A DNA stretch of 64,000 nt from the NCBI GenBank assembly GCA_030264375.1, contig JASCQW010000001.1:141930722-141994721 (forward strand), given 5' to 3'. Shown in pieces: positions 35,716 to 48,800 of the stretch. Under the pieces are notes generated by a model. It saw only the letters and a list, made by a program, of their open reading frames with translations. It was not told the DNA's origin and made no database searches. Numbering within the stretch: position 1 is the stretch's first letter; each line of letters starts with the position of its first letter. A program made the position numbers and the translations under genes. The DNA is from Carcharhinus longimanus (taxonomy: Eukaryota).

Positions 35716-37856
35716 AAAAATGACAGTAGTACAAACACTGATTTTTAGACCAGTATTACCTTAGAATGATACAGTGTCATCAGATTGAACTTATACTGTG
35801 TTACTTTTGACTGAATTATTAATTTTGGAGAGCTTCTAGCAGTGCTTTTGAATCCTATACTGTATATAAGTGGCTAATTGTTTGCAGATGGAGAACTTCA
35901 CTTGCAGTTATTTGTGAGTTCATTAAATTCAAATGTCTGCAAGAAGTTAACAACAGAAATTCCCTTTGATAATGCATTTTTTAATTTTTAGAAGGTCTTT
36001 AGACTATTAGTCGTTTGACCTTCATATGGGTTGCAGTTATGTGCCATTGCGTGATTATCTGTTGACGATTGTCTGTCACTGCTTGGCCAGATTGATTCTC
36101 ATAACATTTCCAACATGACATTTTTGTCCATCTGACAATAAAATTGCTTCATATTGGTGTAAATTGTTCAGTGTATGGTCAAATGGGACTCCTTTCCATT
36201 GTAGAGCCCCCAGGGTGGGAATACATCAGGTATCATCCCTGATGCCAACCCACCAAATGTTCAGTCCCGCCCACTTCTTCCCTCGCATCCAGCAGGGGCA
36301 GAAGATTCCAGCTTGGTGATCAGTTCTGTGCCCCTGGTCACCTTGCATCTTGGCAAGCCGATTTGGACATGCAGATCTTGACACAGTACTCAAGATGCCA
36401 TTTGATCAGAGCACTAAGAAGTTTAATCGTGTCTGTTCAACTGTTTTGGCTATGTAGTTTAACAACATGTTGGTTTTGTTGATTGCTGCCTTTATTTGTC
36501 AGAAACATCTGTTCAGATTCCTTGTTCCCTTTGAACTTCACCTTTGGGTATTTTGATGCCTTTCATGGAGTACATGCATCACTCATTTCATATTCTATTT
36601 GTAATATTTTTACATTTCTCTACATTAAATTTCAGCTGTTGTTCTGTACTTATTTAGATTCAAATGTAAAAAGACCATTGATTAGAAGTAGCTTGTTGTC
36701 GAATAAACTCTGAGGACTTTGCATTTTTCTCTTGCTGTTAGCTAAGCTACGTTGGGAAACTACTTGAGTTGCTCCTGCAATACAGACATTATTTCAGTGG
36801 AAATGCAACAGAAAGAAATGGGCAGTTCTTGAGAAATTTCATGACCATAAGTTTTTGAAAAGAATCCTAGCAGCTGATGTAGCTCACACTACGACACTGC
36901 AGATCATGCTCTGATCAAGAAGACCGTTCTCTTTGATTCTGCATGACACATTCCATCAATTTAATTTGAAAGCAATGATATTTCCTGGGCTCTAAATCTG
37001 ATACTTTGATCTGGAGTCTGAATGTTTGATTTTAGGGTTTAAAATATTTATAGTTGATTAGATTGTGACACAACTTGTCAAAGTTAACCTTTCGCAGGCT
37101 GTTCCAGAGACTGCTTCAGTTTGTAATAGAACATCACTTAGGAGAATCACAGCTCATTATTTCAGTTTACCAGGTATCAGTCTGTCATTTTAATTTAGCC
37201 TCACTTTAATTCTTATCAGTTCTGTTTGTGGGTTGTATCATTTTTGTGGTGGTGATTTACGAAAAGATGTGCTATCTGTGGTAATAGTTGATGTGAGCCC
37301 CACATAAACTGTACAGATGTTTTGTCTGCATCCTTTATATAAAAAAAAGTTTTCAAATGTTTTTGCAAAAATACCAGCAAAAGCCCCGCAGCACTAATTC
37401 TAGTGACACTAATTCTTGACACTTGTATGTGAAACAAGATTGTCACAGGAAAGGCTAACAGCAGGAAATGTGTACAGAGTGCATGTTTAATTCAGTTGAA
37501 ATGTTGTGCAAAATTCACCATGAATATGTTCATTTTAAACATGTACTGATTGATTTACTAGAAATCCAATGCTGAGCTAAAACTAGCTCAAACTGGAGTA
37601 TAAATTAGTGACATAAAATTCCAATTAACATGTGCCCGCTGTTTTCTGACTACGATAAAAGTTGGATTGGAGAGGAGTTTTCGATATTATTGGAGCCATT
37701 TTCAAGCTCATATGTTGAAAGGAAATATATTGTTGGAAATTAGGATTGCACCTGGACTATTATTTTAAGCCAGACAGCGATAGTGTTTACAGAAATCCCA
37801 GCTATGTGACTGATAACATACTGCTTTTGTATTTCAGTCGCACTCTGGAATACTAT

Positions 37857-38051
37857 GGGCAAGATTTTCCAGCCCTCCCGTGGCGTGCTTTCTGGCTGCA
37901 GAGCGACTTGCAATTGGCTGCTGGCAGGAGTTTCTGGTCCTGTCGATGTCTATATTGTTTTGCGTGACTCGCTCATCCCACCCGCTGTGGGGAATCACCT
38001 TCAGTGGGACCAGAAGATCCTGCCACTGGGAAGGGCTGGAAAATCCCACCC
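37857..38051. mobile_element. 195-bp MITE with ~24-bp TIRs
   Basis: gggcaagattttccagccctccc ... gggaagggctggaaaatcccaccc; flanks tat/aat. Confidence 0.75.
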
Positions 38052-38131
38052 AATGACTATCACTTGTTTGACAATGTTATCTTTATTAGAAATCTGTTTA
38101 ACTGCATCCAACATATGGCCATCCATGAGTG

Positions 38132-38392
38132 ATGTGGGTATGCAGTAATCTCTAAACTGTCTGTGCTTTATATGCTCTGTCTGAGGCCAGAACTCTCCAT
38201 TCACCTGACGAAGAGGCAGNNNNNNNNNNNNNNNNNNNNNNNNNNNNNNNNNNNNNNNNNNNNNNNNNNNNNNNNNNNNNNNNNNNNNNNNNNNNNNNNN
38301 NNNNNNNNNNNNNNNNNNNTCCCCTCGAAAGCTTGTGAGAATATTATCAAATAAATAGGTTGGACTAAAACCTGGTGTTGTCAGACTTTTTA
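38132..38392 (+). mobile_element. Penelope-like tail (family B) with hammerhead motif and exact 13-bp TSD
   Basis: ccatccatgagtg at 38119-38131 and 38393-38405; body homologous to 40-195; tcac CTGACGA agagg..[gap]..cctc GAAAGCTT gtga. Confidence 0.82.
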
Positions 38393-39494
38393 CCATCCAT
38401 GAGTGCCCAGCCTTATTTCTATTTGGACAGATTTTTCAAAAGGTATTATCAAAAATAAAGTAAGGCAGTACATGGGAGGTAAGGATTATCAATCTTTAAA
38501 AAGTGTAAATTTCAGAAAGGTTTACCAGTGTCACAGTTAAACACTTAATAGTGTTGGTAAGAAGCTAATTATGGCTTTTGCAAGAAACAAGAAAGAAACA
38601 CTGGGCCTACTTCAGCTCAATGTGAGAATCATGTGAGAGGTACAAGGCAAGCGACAAACCTCTCCGTCCTTGCGAGCATGAGATCCAGTTTGTTTTAGTT
38701 CTGATGCCTCTGATTTGCTGCCTCCAGTGTTCTGTGGCACAGCAACCTCAAACGCACTGTGCATTCAGGCCACTCACATGAGCAAGCTCGAGCAGGGCAG
38801 GACTGGAGCATCAAGCTCCAATGACAATGGTGTGAATAGTGAAAGACAGAACTGGAAAACATGCAACTGTGATTGGAGGAGCGTGAGTGCAGGAGAGAAA
38901 ATGAATTTGTGTTTGGAGGAGCAGAGGACTTGAGTGCAGAGGAGTGGGAGATGTGTCCAGAAGTGAGTAGTGGGTAACAAGAAAAGCATCACTTGAGATG
39001 CTGGCTTGGGCTTTAGAGCACTGGAATGGTCTGAGCTTCAGAGGTGATGGTGCTCTGGAATCACTAGTGAAGCATAGGGACTGGGGAGATGTTGCCTGGA
39101 ACCAGTTGACCTGTGAAGATGGAGGGGCAGCGGGGTTGGGGGGGGGGGTGGGGGGGATGTGGCTGTGGTTTATGCAAATGAGTGGTCACAAAGTATCTGG
39201 TTGCCATCTCTGAATCAGAGGAGACCTGAGAGAGTTTTACACTTCAGCAGCTCTCCAGGACTCACACTGGAGCCAAAGTCTCAGAAATGCCCACAGCAGC
39301 TAAAGGTCACAAACCCAGTCTGCATGGCAATAGTGCTCAAATAAACATGCACAGTAAAAGGTGAGATTGACTAGTGATTTTATTATTAATGAGAAGCTCA
39401 TTAATGGGCAAACTTATGATGACGATTGGATTATTGATCATATATGCAGAGCGTGGCCAACCAATCTTTAAGCATCGGCTGAGCCACATATAAC

Positions 39495-39792
39495 AGCCTC
39501 TGACAGCACCTTCCAAACCCTCAACTTCTACCATCTAGAAGGGTAAGGACAGCAGATGCATGGAAACACCACTACCTACAAGCTTCCCTCTGAGCCACTT
39601 GCCATCCAGACTTGGAACTACATTGCCATTCCTTCTCTGTCACTGGGTTAAAATCCTGGAACTCTCTCCCTGTGGATGTACATACGTCTCGTGGACTGCA
39701 GTCATTCAAAAAAGCAGCCATCCTTGTCGAGCAATTAAGAGTAGTCAATAAAAATGTTGGTCTAACAGGTGATGCCTACATCCTGTGAAAAA
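39495..39792 (+). mobile_element. LINE 3' end (same family as 4155-4452)
   Basis: acagcaccttccaaaccctcaacttctaccatctagaagggtaaggacagcagatgcatggaaacacc...tcactgggttaaaatcctggaactc. Confidence 0.75.
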
Positions 39793-42369
39793 ATTTTTTA
39801 ACTTCAGGTTAATTAAAGCTGCCTAGGAACGTTAATAGGTAGTGGAAGAGTGCTCAGATTAAGTGAGTTTCATTTCAGTGTTGAGCACGATGATGGATTT
39901 TTAAAGTTCTTATGATCCAAGCTGATACTTTCAGTCTGTGCACATCCCTTGCTCCTTTTACATCTCATAATCTCCTCTGAAAGTGTGAACTCCTGTGTCA
40001 GGAAAGGAAGCTAACAGCCAAGGTGTAAGGTGTGAGGGGAGGTAGAGTGGGAGAGGTAAATTGGGATGTGTGAGGAGAGGGAGAACGGAACGTGTGATAC
40101 AATAGATTGGAAAATGTGAAGCGAGCAAGAGTGGGATGTATGGATAGACACGGTACAGGACCAGTAAGAAGAGAGGTTATTTGTGATGTGCGGGAATAGA
40201 AGCATAACATGACCTGATCAAGAAGTGATGGTTTGGCAATCCTGAGAGTGGGGTTGGAGGTGGAATGGGAGCTTCAAGGGAACTAGAATAGGACTTGTGT
40301 GAGGACAGCAATGTTTTCTCAAAGATGAGCGTGTGCCTGGCTGTGCAGCAATCTGAATCATGCCGCACATTGAAATAAACAGGTCTCTCACCACTTGGTG
40401 ACATTTCAGTGACTTTTAAAATGCAAACTGCCCATGGACCCAACTGTGTGCTCAGGAGGTTGTAGCCCACCTGTTACAAAGAAATTTAGAAGGAATAATT
40501 GTCAATTTGGTGGGAATGTAATTTTGAGTAACAGGAAATTGCCACCCAGGATGGAAGGAAATGTGACCAACACTCAGGAGTCAAGGTGAGTGAGTTTCAG
40601 GAGTATCTCACATTCAGGAAGTGAGAGGGCCCAAGGTTGGAAAGACCTAAACTTTACCTGTACTCTTACCCCCCCGATCACATATGGAAATCGTAATCAA
40701 TGTTTTTTAAAAATCTATCTGTTTGGACCTCCTTGTAAGAACCTTCCTCATATCTTAATCTGGAGAGAAAACAACATGGTTTCCTACTCAGACCACCAGC
40801 ACCCCCCACCCCTAATTGTCGAAATTGCTTTCCCCACCCCCACCCGCAACTGTTGAAATTGCTTTTTGGTCAACAATATATTCCAGTGCTTTGGAGACAA
40901 AGGACGGTTGAAGATAGAACAGTAACTTACAGCAAGAGGATGGAAATTTTGATGAATGGAGTTGATGAGGGTTTTAAAAGGGAGGGGGAACCATTTATAA
41001 TATCAGCTTATAAATATGATGGAAAATTGGTTATTACTGGTTCAATAGAAATGTTGAGATAACATCTTGTGGACAAAATAGGCTTAAAAAATAAATAGGG
41101 ATAATGGAACAAATAGGGAACGATGTTGGTTCAAGGCTTGGTTGAGGGATTCTGGAGGAAGACTTAGCATGGTGAGGAAGGAGAAATGCAGCAGGGATAG
41201 CTGGATGGTCTCAGTTTTTGTGATAAAGAAGTCTATAAAATGACCAAATTTATTTCTGGAGATAAGGGAAGAAGAGGTTGGTTTGGAGTGGAAAAATGAA
41301 ACTGAGTGTTACATTTGCTTCCTAGGGTGATTTTGGAGTAATGGGTAGTTTTAGCAGAGGAAAGTGAGGCCCAATAACACTTGATGTAGCCTAAGTAGAT
41401 CTGGTGATGAATGGTTAAACGTGTTGGGTGTCAGAAACATCCAAGTGTATATCTCTTTGACTTAAAGAAATGAAGATGAGGCTATATTTAAGGAGAATGA
41501 CTGATGAAAATTACTGATTTTTTTTGGGTATGAGGGAGTTAATGGTCGAGCACAAAGAAATGGGTCTACAAATTCATGGCTGCTAAGGTGTTGTGGTGAC
41601 ACCCTGTAATCACTTATGGTTTTTAAAAAAAAAGTCACTTGGGTGTGAGTTTTATCAGGAACATTATGGAGGGATTTGAGCTTAGAATGAGTAAGAAGGT
41701 ATGGGAAGTGCAGGATAGCAGAAAATAGTTGGAGTTGGCCTTATCAAGAACGTAGAATTAGAAAGTCTTCATCCCTTGGACTTCACTTTCTGTCACTGTG
41801 TAATTGTTGGATGCTAACAACTAACTTGCAGCAAATATTTACTTAGTTCAAGTGTATACATCTATAAAAAACCATTTACATTTGGCTTCAGTGAAAAGTA
41901 AACTGGAAAATAAGAATCGAATAGGCTTTAGGAGGTTGGAAACATCTCTTTTTATAGAATAGTGTGAGTTTAGCATAAATTTATTCTAACTGATTTTCTG
42001 AGGAATGCAAGTCTCTGACAATAACGGTGTAATCTCAGAAACTCTCCACTATGTAGCATTTGTTTTTCAGAATCTCAACATAACCACAAGTAGTACCATT
42101 CAGAGGCTCTTGTCATAAGTTCAAGAGACCAGTGCTCCAACAAGTGAGTTTTGACATGTTATGTACCTCAGAAAATATCAGAGTCTTCACCAAATATAAA
42201 TATTAAATATGCTTTAAATGGCCATTGAATAGAAACAAGAGCCCTTCCCGAGTACAGGAGCTTTGAAACCAAAGACAGTTCTGGTTATCGTCATACAGGA
42301 TCCTGTGACCAACAAGAGGATATGGAGGAGATTTACGTAGATGTTCCTGGAACTGGAGGATTATAGCTA

Positions 42370-42700
42370 CAGGAAAGGACAGGATAGGTTGGATTTGTTT
42401 TATTTGAAACGGAGGTGCATAAAATGAAGGGAATCCTTGAGAGAGTGGATAGGTAAAGCCTGTTTGTCTCAGTAGAGACATAATAACCAGGAGCAAATAT
42501 GTAAAGTAATTGGTAGAAGGTTTTGAGTTGAATTCTTTTCACCCCGAGGGTGGTGGGGGTGTAAAACTCACTGTGAAATGGTGGTAGGGGTAGAAACCCA
42601 CAACACATTTAAAAAGTACATGAATGAGTGCTTGCAGTTCTATAACTCACAAGGCTACGGACCAAGAGTTTGGAGGAAGGATAAGACTGGATATCCCTTT
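42370..42700 (+). mobile_element. Decayed CR1 LINE 3' fragment
   Basis: tcttttcaccccgagggtggtgggggtgtaaaactcactg...acatttaaaaagtacatgaatgag...caaggctacggaccaag (FFTQRVV.WNSL-like region). Confidence 0.65.
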
Positions 42701-43099
42701 CTCAGCTGGCACAGCTAAAAGGTCACCTTCTATTACAGAGCAATAAAGGAGATAACCCGCTACCCCACTGTCCTCCATCAGCCAGAGAAGTAAACATTGC
42801 CAGGCTGCACACTTGGCACTGGCCTCCACATGACCATGAGTAAATCCCAGTGATAGCAGAAGGAGTCCCTTTAATTGGTCATTAGTTGGCCACTTAACAA
42901 ATCTCACATGATCCTTGGGTAGGTGGGTGGGCCTTTCAAAGTTTCACCCTGCAATGGGTAACAATTGTAGCAGCAGCGGAGGTAGGCAGGCAAAGGCTGG
43001 TTTCATTCTCATGGCATGGTGCTCAATTTTATGAATATCACTACATAGTCCCTGGGGGCTGTAAAATCCTGGCTCTTCATCCAGGTTGAAATCTAGCAT

Positions 43100-43420
43100 G
43101 GGTGTATGGTGGCACAGTGGCTAGCACTGATGCCTCGTAGTGCCTGGGAGCCAGGTTCAATTCCAGCCTCGGGTCACTGACTCTAGAGTTTGCGTGTTCT
43201 CCCTGTGCCTGTGTGGGTTTCCTCTGGGTGCTCTGGTTTCCTCCCACAGTTTAGCGATGTGCGGGTTAGGTTAATTGGCCATGGTAAACAGTCCTTCAGT
43301 GTTGGGGGAGTAGCAGGGTAATTACCTGGGGCTATGGGCATAGGGCCTGGGTGGGATTGTTATTGGTACAGACTCGATGTGCCAAATGACCTCCTTTTGC
43401 ATCGTAGAGATTCTATGATT
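43100..43420 (+). mobile_element. Full-length HE1-type V-SINE
   Basis: ggtggcacagtggctagcactg, B box ggttcaattcc, V core, gattctatgatt tail. Confidence 0.88.
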
Positions 43421-44457
43421 TTTCTAAGTTCTGTGTCAATGTCAAAGTCTCTCAGTACATTCCCTTTCATGCTTTCTGGAGCACAACTCTACTCTTCTGG
43501 CCAACAAGGTGGTCCACCATCTGTTTCAGGACCTGTGCTTGATCAAAAACATCTTACTGGGGTGACAATACATAGCCCTGCTTTTTAAATGAAAACATTT
43601 CAAAACTTCACAACATGGTAACAAAAAGAGTTAACGGAATTTATTTTAAAAAATGACTGATTAATTGGGTTTGGAAGTTTTTTGGAAAGAAGCAACTCAC
43701 CAGTTTCCAAACCACAAGAAACTCTATGCACTCCTTCAGTCTCTCAGCAGGTAGTCAGCTCTTAGCCTCTTAAAATGTTCAGAGCTAAAAGCCAACATAA
43801 ATCTGCTAAGCACATTTGAAATGCTCTTGAAAACCTATATTCCTAATGGTGAGTACTGGGACCAAATAACGTTCCACAAATTGTTTTTTATATCCCATTT
43901 GGAATATCAATAATGTTGTGCAGTGCGTTTGGTTGCCAGGCAGGTCTTCCGTGAGAAAGTCTGATACATGAAGCATGGGTCTCTCTGTCTGCCAGCGAAT
44001 CTCTAATGCCCATGCATAAACTGCGTAGCCCTCGTATCTGCCCATGTCTATCTTGGTTCTGCAAAAGTGAAAGAAAACATTTCACTGGTCTTGTTGAGTT
44101 TGGGAACTTACTGAGTTACAGTTGGTAATTATGTTAGTTTTTTTACTCAACTGAAAGGACTCCGGAAATTCATATTCATTTGTGCAGTAACTTTTGTTGC
44201 TATATTGATGTGCAGCTAATGATAAAGCTTCAAAGGAAAACTAATGAATAAATAGATTAAAAAGCAAATGTTAGAAACTGAGCTCAGTTCCCAAATTTTC
44301 AGTAGCATGGCAGTTAATTTAGTGACCATAATGGCAAAGGAATACAGACACAACTTGACAGCCAGTTCATCCATACAAATGGCATTTCTGCCTAGATTGA
44401 GTGAACAGCCATGTCAAATGCTGTGCATTGAAACAGTAGCCAATCTTAATTTGTTCA

Positions 44458-44520
44458 GGGGGTGTGGGCATCGCTGGCTGGGCAAGCATTTATTGCCCAT
44501 CCTTAATTGTCCTTGAATTG
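44458..44520 (-). mobile_element. LINE/SINE shared tail fragment
   Basis: gtgtgggcatcgctggctgggcaagcatttattgcccatccttaattgtccttga. Confidence 0.65.
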
Positions 44521-45357
44521 AGTGATTTGACAAGTCACACATTATTTTGTGATGAATGCACAGAAAGCAGTAATTGTTACAGCCTAATACAGCCATTCTG
44601 AGGCATTCCACAAGTGACCTTGAAAAGTAGCTATGGGAATCGTAGAAGAAATTTAGAATGACAAACACAGGAAGTGTGGGGTTGAAAAAAAATCTGGGAG
44701 CAAATGGACAAGTGCCTCTGCATGTTTGAGACTCCCAAGAGCAAAAACATTTTGAAACTTTCCTCTGGACTTTCAAGTTATGCTAAATTGTTTTCAGAGC
44801 GACAGAATTTGTATCTTTTGCAACTAATATGCAAAAGTATAGATTTGTTGGGACTGTAGAATATGTTGAGATACATACTGGCCGGATCTTCCCAAAAATG
44901 CACAAAGTATTTGAGAATGCAAAGCTCACAGTTCGTGCAGCTGGCCTTTCTTGCTGTGTTGAATAGCAAGCACACTGTGCAGTTTCAAAGGGGAAATGAA
45001 GTTCAGACAGTCAGCTGGAGGGGTGGGGCCGAAGAAAGCTGGCAATGCCGGAGATCTTGAAAGGGTGCCCCAATAGCTGATTGAAATGAAAGGTCTCCCC
45101 ATGGACACCAAATCCCCTTACGGACACAGGCAACCCTCTCCGCACACGCTGAAGGGAAACTGTGCCCCCTTTGGATAAAGGGTCCCCTGCAATGAAACTC
45201 CCTAGAGGATCACTTGGCAGTGCCAAGGGGCACTGCCAGAGTGCCAGGAGGCAATGTTTGGTCATGTTCCTCACCAACTGGGGGCTATATTTGACTGTGC
45301 ACCTCTGGCATGATCATCTTGACTAGCCTTTGTTTTTGAAAACCAGCAGGAGTGTTA

Positions 45358-45432
45358 TGACTACGGGATTTTCACAGTGACATTTTTGCACTGTTAATGT
45401 AAGCCTTCTTGTGACACTAATAAATAAGTTTT
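45358..45432 (+). mobile_element. Isolated alternative V-SINE tail
   Basis: gactacgggattttcacagtgacatttttgcactgttaatgtaagccttcttgtgacactaataaataag; matches 385-455. Confidence 0.65.
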
Positions 45433-45496
45433 TAAAAAACTTAATGTTCACTGGTGTGACATCACTCTGACTGGGTGGAAAGCTAGGATAAGACGA

Positions 45497-45832
45497 TAAA
45501 ACATAGGACAGAATTGGGTTACTCAGCCCATCGAGTCTGCTCCGCCATTCAGTTATGGCTGATATTTTTCTCAGCCCCATTCTCCTGCCTTTTCCCCATA
45601 ACCCCTGATCCCCTTATTAATCAAGAACCTATATCTCTGTCTTAAAGACATTCAAATACTTGGCCTCCACAGCCTTCTGCCGCAAAGAGTTCCACAGATT
45701 CACCCCTCTCTGGCTGAAGAAATTATGTCCAATCTATCCAGACCTCGCAGTATCCTGAAAGTTTCAGTAAGATCTCCCCTCATCCTTCTAAATTCCAATG
45801 AGTACAGACCCAGAGTCCTCAACCGTCCTCAA
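45497..45832 (-). mobile_element. CR1 LINE 3' end with internal deletion
   Basis: cagcccatcgagtctgctccgccattca...ttggcctccacagccttctg...gagttccacagattcacccctctctggctgaagaaatt. Confidence 0.8.
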
Positions 45833-48800
45833 TTTATGCAAATTAGGCTCACACCATTCACGAGTGTGAACCCGATTATACGACAAGCAAGGGCAGGGGA
45901 AAGTCTCATTCTGAGACCTTGCTGGCTCGGATCCTGTTTTTGGCCTCTCACGAGATTTAGCGACCATTATAGGATTCCACGGGGCCATTAGATCGCAGCT
46001 ACTGTCTGTGCCTTACCTGTTCAAAGCTCTAATTGGACCAATCTAGTTTTTGGTGGATTCCATTTGCTCCTTGATTTGATTATATTTTAAACTCTTCAAT
46101 CTTGCATCAAATACAGGCACAACAATATGTCCATGCCATGATGGAAGAGATAAATTGTTGTCATCATGACTGAGGCAAAGGCCAGTGGCAGGGCTGAATC
46201 CGTTGGAGATAACAGCATGGTCATACCTAATTATCTTTCTCACATTTGAGTTGTCAATCAGCCCAGTATTTTTTCTGATTTTTAAGCTGCAGTTGGTGTA
46301 AGCTTCCACTCCATTCTCTTTACTACAACTCTTGTGCTTTTTCACCTTTGAAATACACAAGAACTGCAACACTAGAACTGGCAGAAACACATGGAAGACA
46401 GGAATTAAGCATGTTTAGTTGATGTTTGTATGAATATAACAATGTTTCATTTTGAAATTTGGATGAGAATGTTCATTGTATTGTGTGTTCATTATCTGAG
46501 CATTGTGATCTGGTGGATGTTGTGGTAGGCAGTAACAGAGAAAGTCAAAGTGTGGGACTGTTGGAGAATAGGAAATTGGGATTGCTTTCATGATATTGTC
46601 ATTGGATCAGTTGCTCATGGAGAGGACCAGACAGAAAGGGGCTCTGATGGTTGCCTCTTCCCTGTTGCTTACTTCCCTCCTGCACTACCATCTCTGTTTT
46701 GTCTCCTATTGCTCCTCCTCCCCCTCTGGTCACTGTGTAGCTGATGTCAAGAGTTATACCCTCATGATGATGAGATTGTATAAGATGTAACAGACCATGA
46801 CAAATCTTGAACACACTCTGCTGAATACTTCACGGCTGCTCCAGACATTGGAATCATTGCTTACGCACCCCAGTGGTATGTTTGATCACATTCCATTTGG
46901 TTACATAGCTCTTATTGTACACTGCTGTTTATGTGTGTGGATTGCACACCAAAATCATGAATCATGTAATCAACAGATAGCCCTTCTCACCTTCGTTACC
47001 AGCCTCTAGCCTTTTGCATTTCTCAGTGTGGACATCAGTAATGCTGCCAGAAAGTCATGCATGATACTCTGAAATACTTTTATTGCATACTCGTGCTGAA
47101 TATTGAGGGAGTGAATAGCTTCCTTTTGTGGTACACTGCAGAATTGAAATGTGGTACCTGCAAAGCAACATATATGTTGCCAATGGCACCATGCACAATG
47201 GGAAAGCCTGCATCGAAAAAATTGGCACTGTAGTTCTGAATTTTTGTGGCCTCAATTTTTCATATTTTATGTATCCTCAACCAGAAATACCTGCCAACAA
47301 GTAGAAAAAATTAATCTTAGCCACTAAATTAGGTTTCAAAAAGACACCTGCATTTCTGATAGGTAAGAAGAATACGCCAGCAATTCTAATCCAGGCTGAC
47401 AACTGGTCAGTGCAAAAAAAGAGAATCAGTAAGAAGATGTGGCACAGAATGTGCAATATTAAACTGTCTTTGCCTGTTTGAAGGCTACCTGGAGTTTATG
47501 AACTGCAATATCACTGTATTGTATTTATATCAGCTGCAAACATGACTTTAACTATGTTAGATCAGGGCTGGTAAGAATCTTAGTGGAGATTAGCTAATGA
47601 ATTTAAGTAGGAAAACTACTTATCAACTTCAATTGGAAAATATTGAATTTCAGTGACTTAAAAAAACACAATTAACACAATTTGCTGGATAAATGGAAAT
47701 TTTCTGCTCACTCTCTAAAATGGGTCAAAGTTTTACTAGATTAAGTGTATCTGGGATTTGTCCCTTTTATTTGGAAGACCTTTATATGTTTTAATTTCTA
47801 AATTTTAGCATTCTGACATTGGCTGTTCCATGAAGATGGTGTTTGCTCAGAGGTGGATGTAGGCACAGTATAAGGTCAGAGTCAGCTGTTGCCCATTCAG
47901 AAAATTATGCTTCGATTGAAAACCCCTAAAACAGCTGGATTTAAGGAAAGGTCTAGATAACTTTTCCTGAGCCCATTGTGTACATTGACTTATAACAACA
48001 TATCATGAAAGGTAATTAAAACAATTCATTCTTGATGCTCATGGTTAAATTATGTTTAAATTACCTGTATTTGGATGTTAAATTACTTTAACAGTTTCCC
48101 TACTATATTCAACTGCAATTCAGGTCAAAGCAGACTGATAAAGCAGTTCACAAGCACATTGCTACTTGGTGAAACTGGAATAAAGGCACAGCCAATTGCA
48201 ACCCAAACCTTCAATCTGATAGTGAACAATCACTTGTGATTGAAGTAGTAAGTGGCATTAGAAGAGAGTAGAAGAAAAGAGGATCCAGAGGTTGAGGGGA
48301 AATCAATGATCAGGCAGATTCATCTTCCAGGATAAACCATGATCATGCAGATGGTTCACCCAGGCTATGGTAGAGTCAATCATCAGGGTAGCTGATGAGG
48401 TTTAACTGTTGTATTGCCTGATGCAATTTTTCAAAGTCATCTCAGCCATCCTTTTGGCTGAGATGCAGCATCAGTTCGAGCCCAGGAAAGGGTGCAATGC
48501 TTTATCTTGTCAGCTTGAATCTTGTTTGTCTGTTTTGTGGGGACCATGAATTGGATTCAATTTGAATTTTTTTTGGATGGTATGCAAATTAAATAATATA
48601 GTGGTTCAGTGCATCATCTAACAGTGGCAATTTTAATCCTTCCTACCCTGTGGAAAATGAGTTGGCAGGTTGGTAACATGGCTAGAGTGACTTATCCCTG
48701 TTTACCCTGCTGTTAAAATTTTAAATAATTATTTAGTGAATTTTTTTGGAGGGCAAGTAAGCATTTACAGCCCTCGACTTTAAATCAGGAAGATCGGGCT

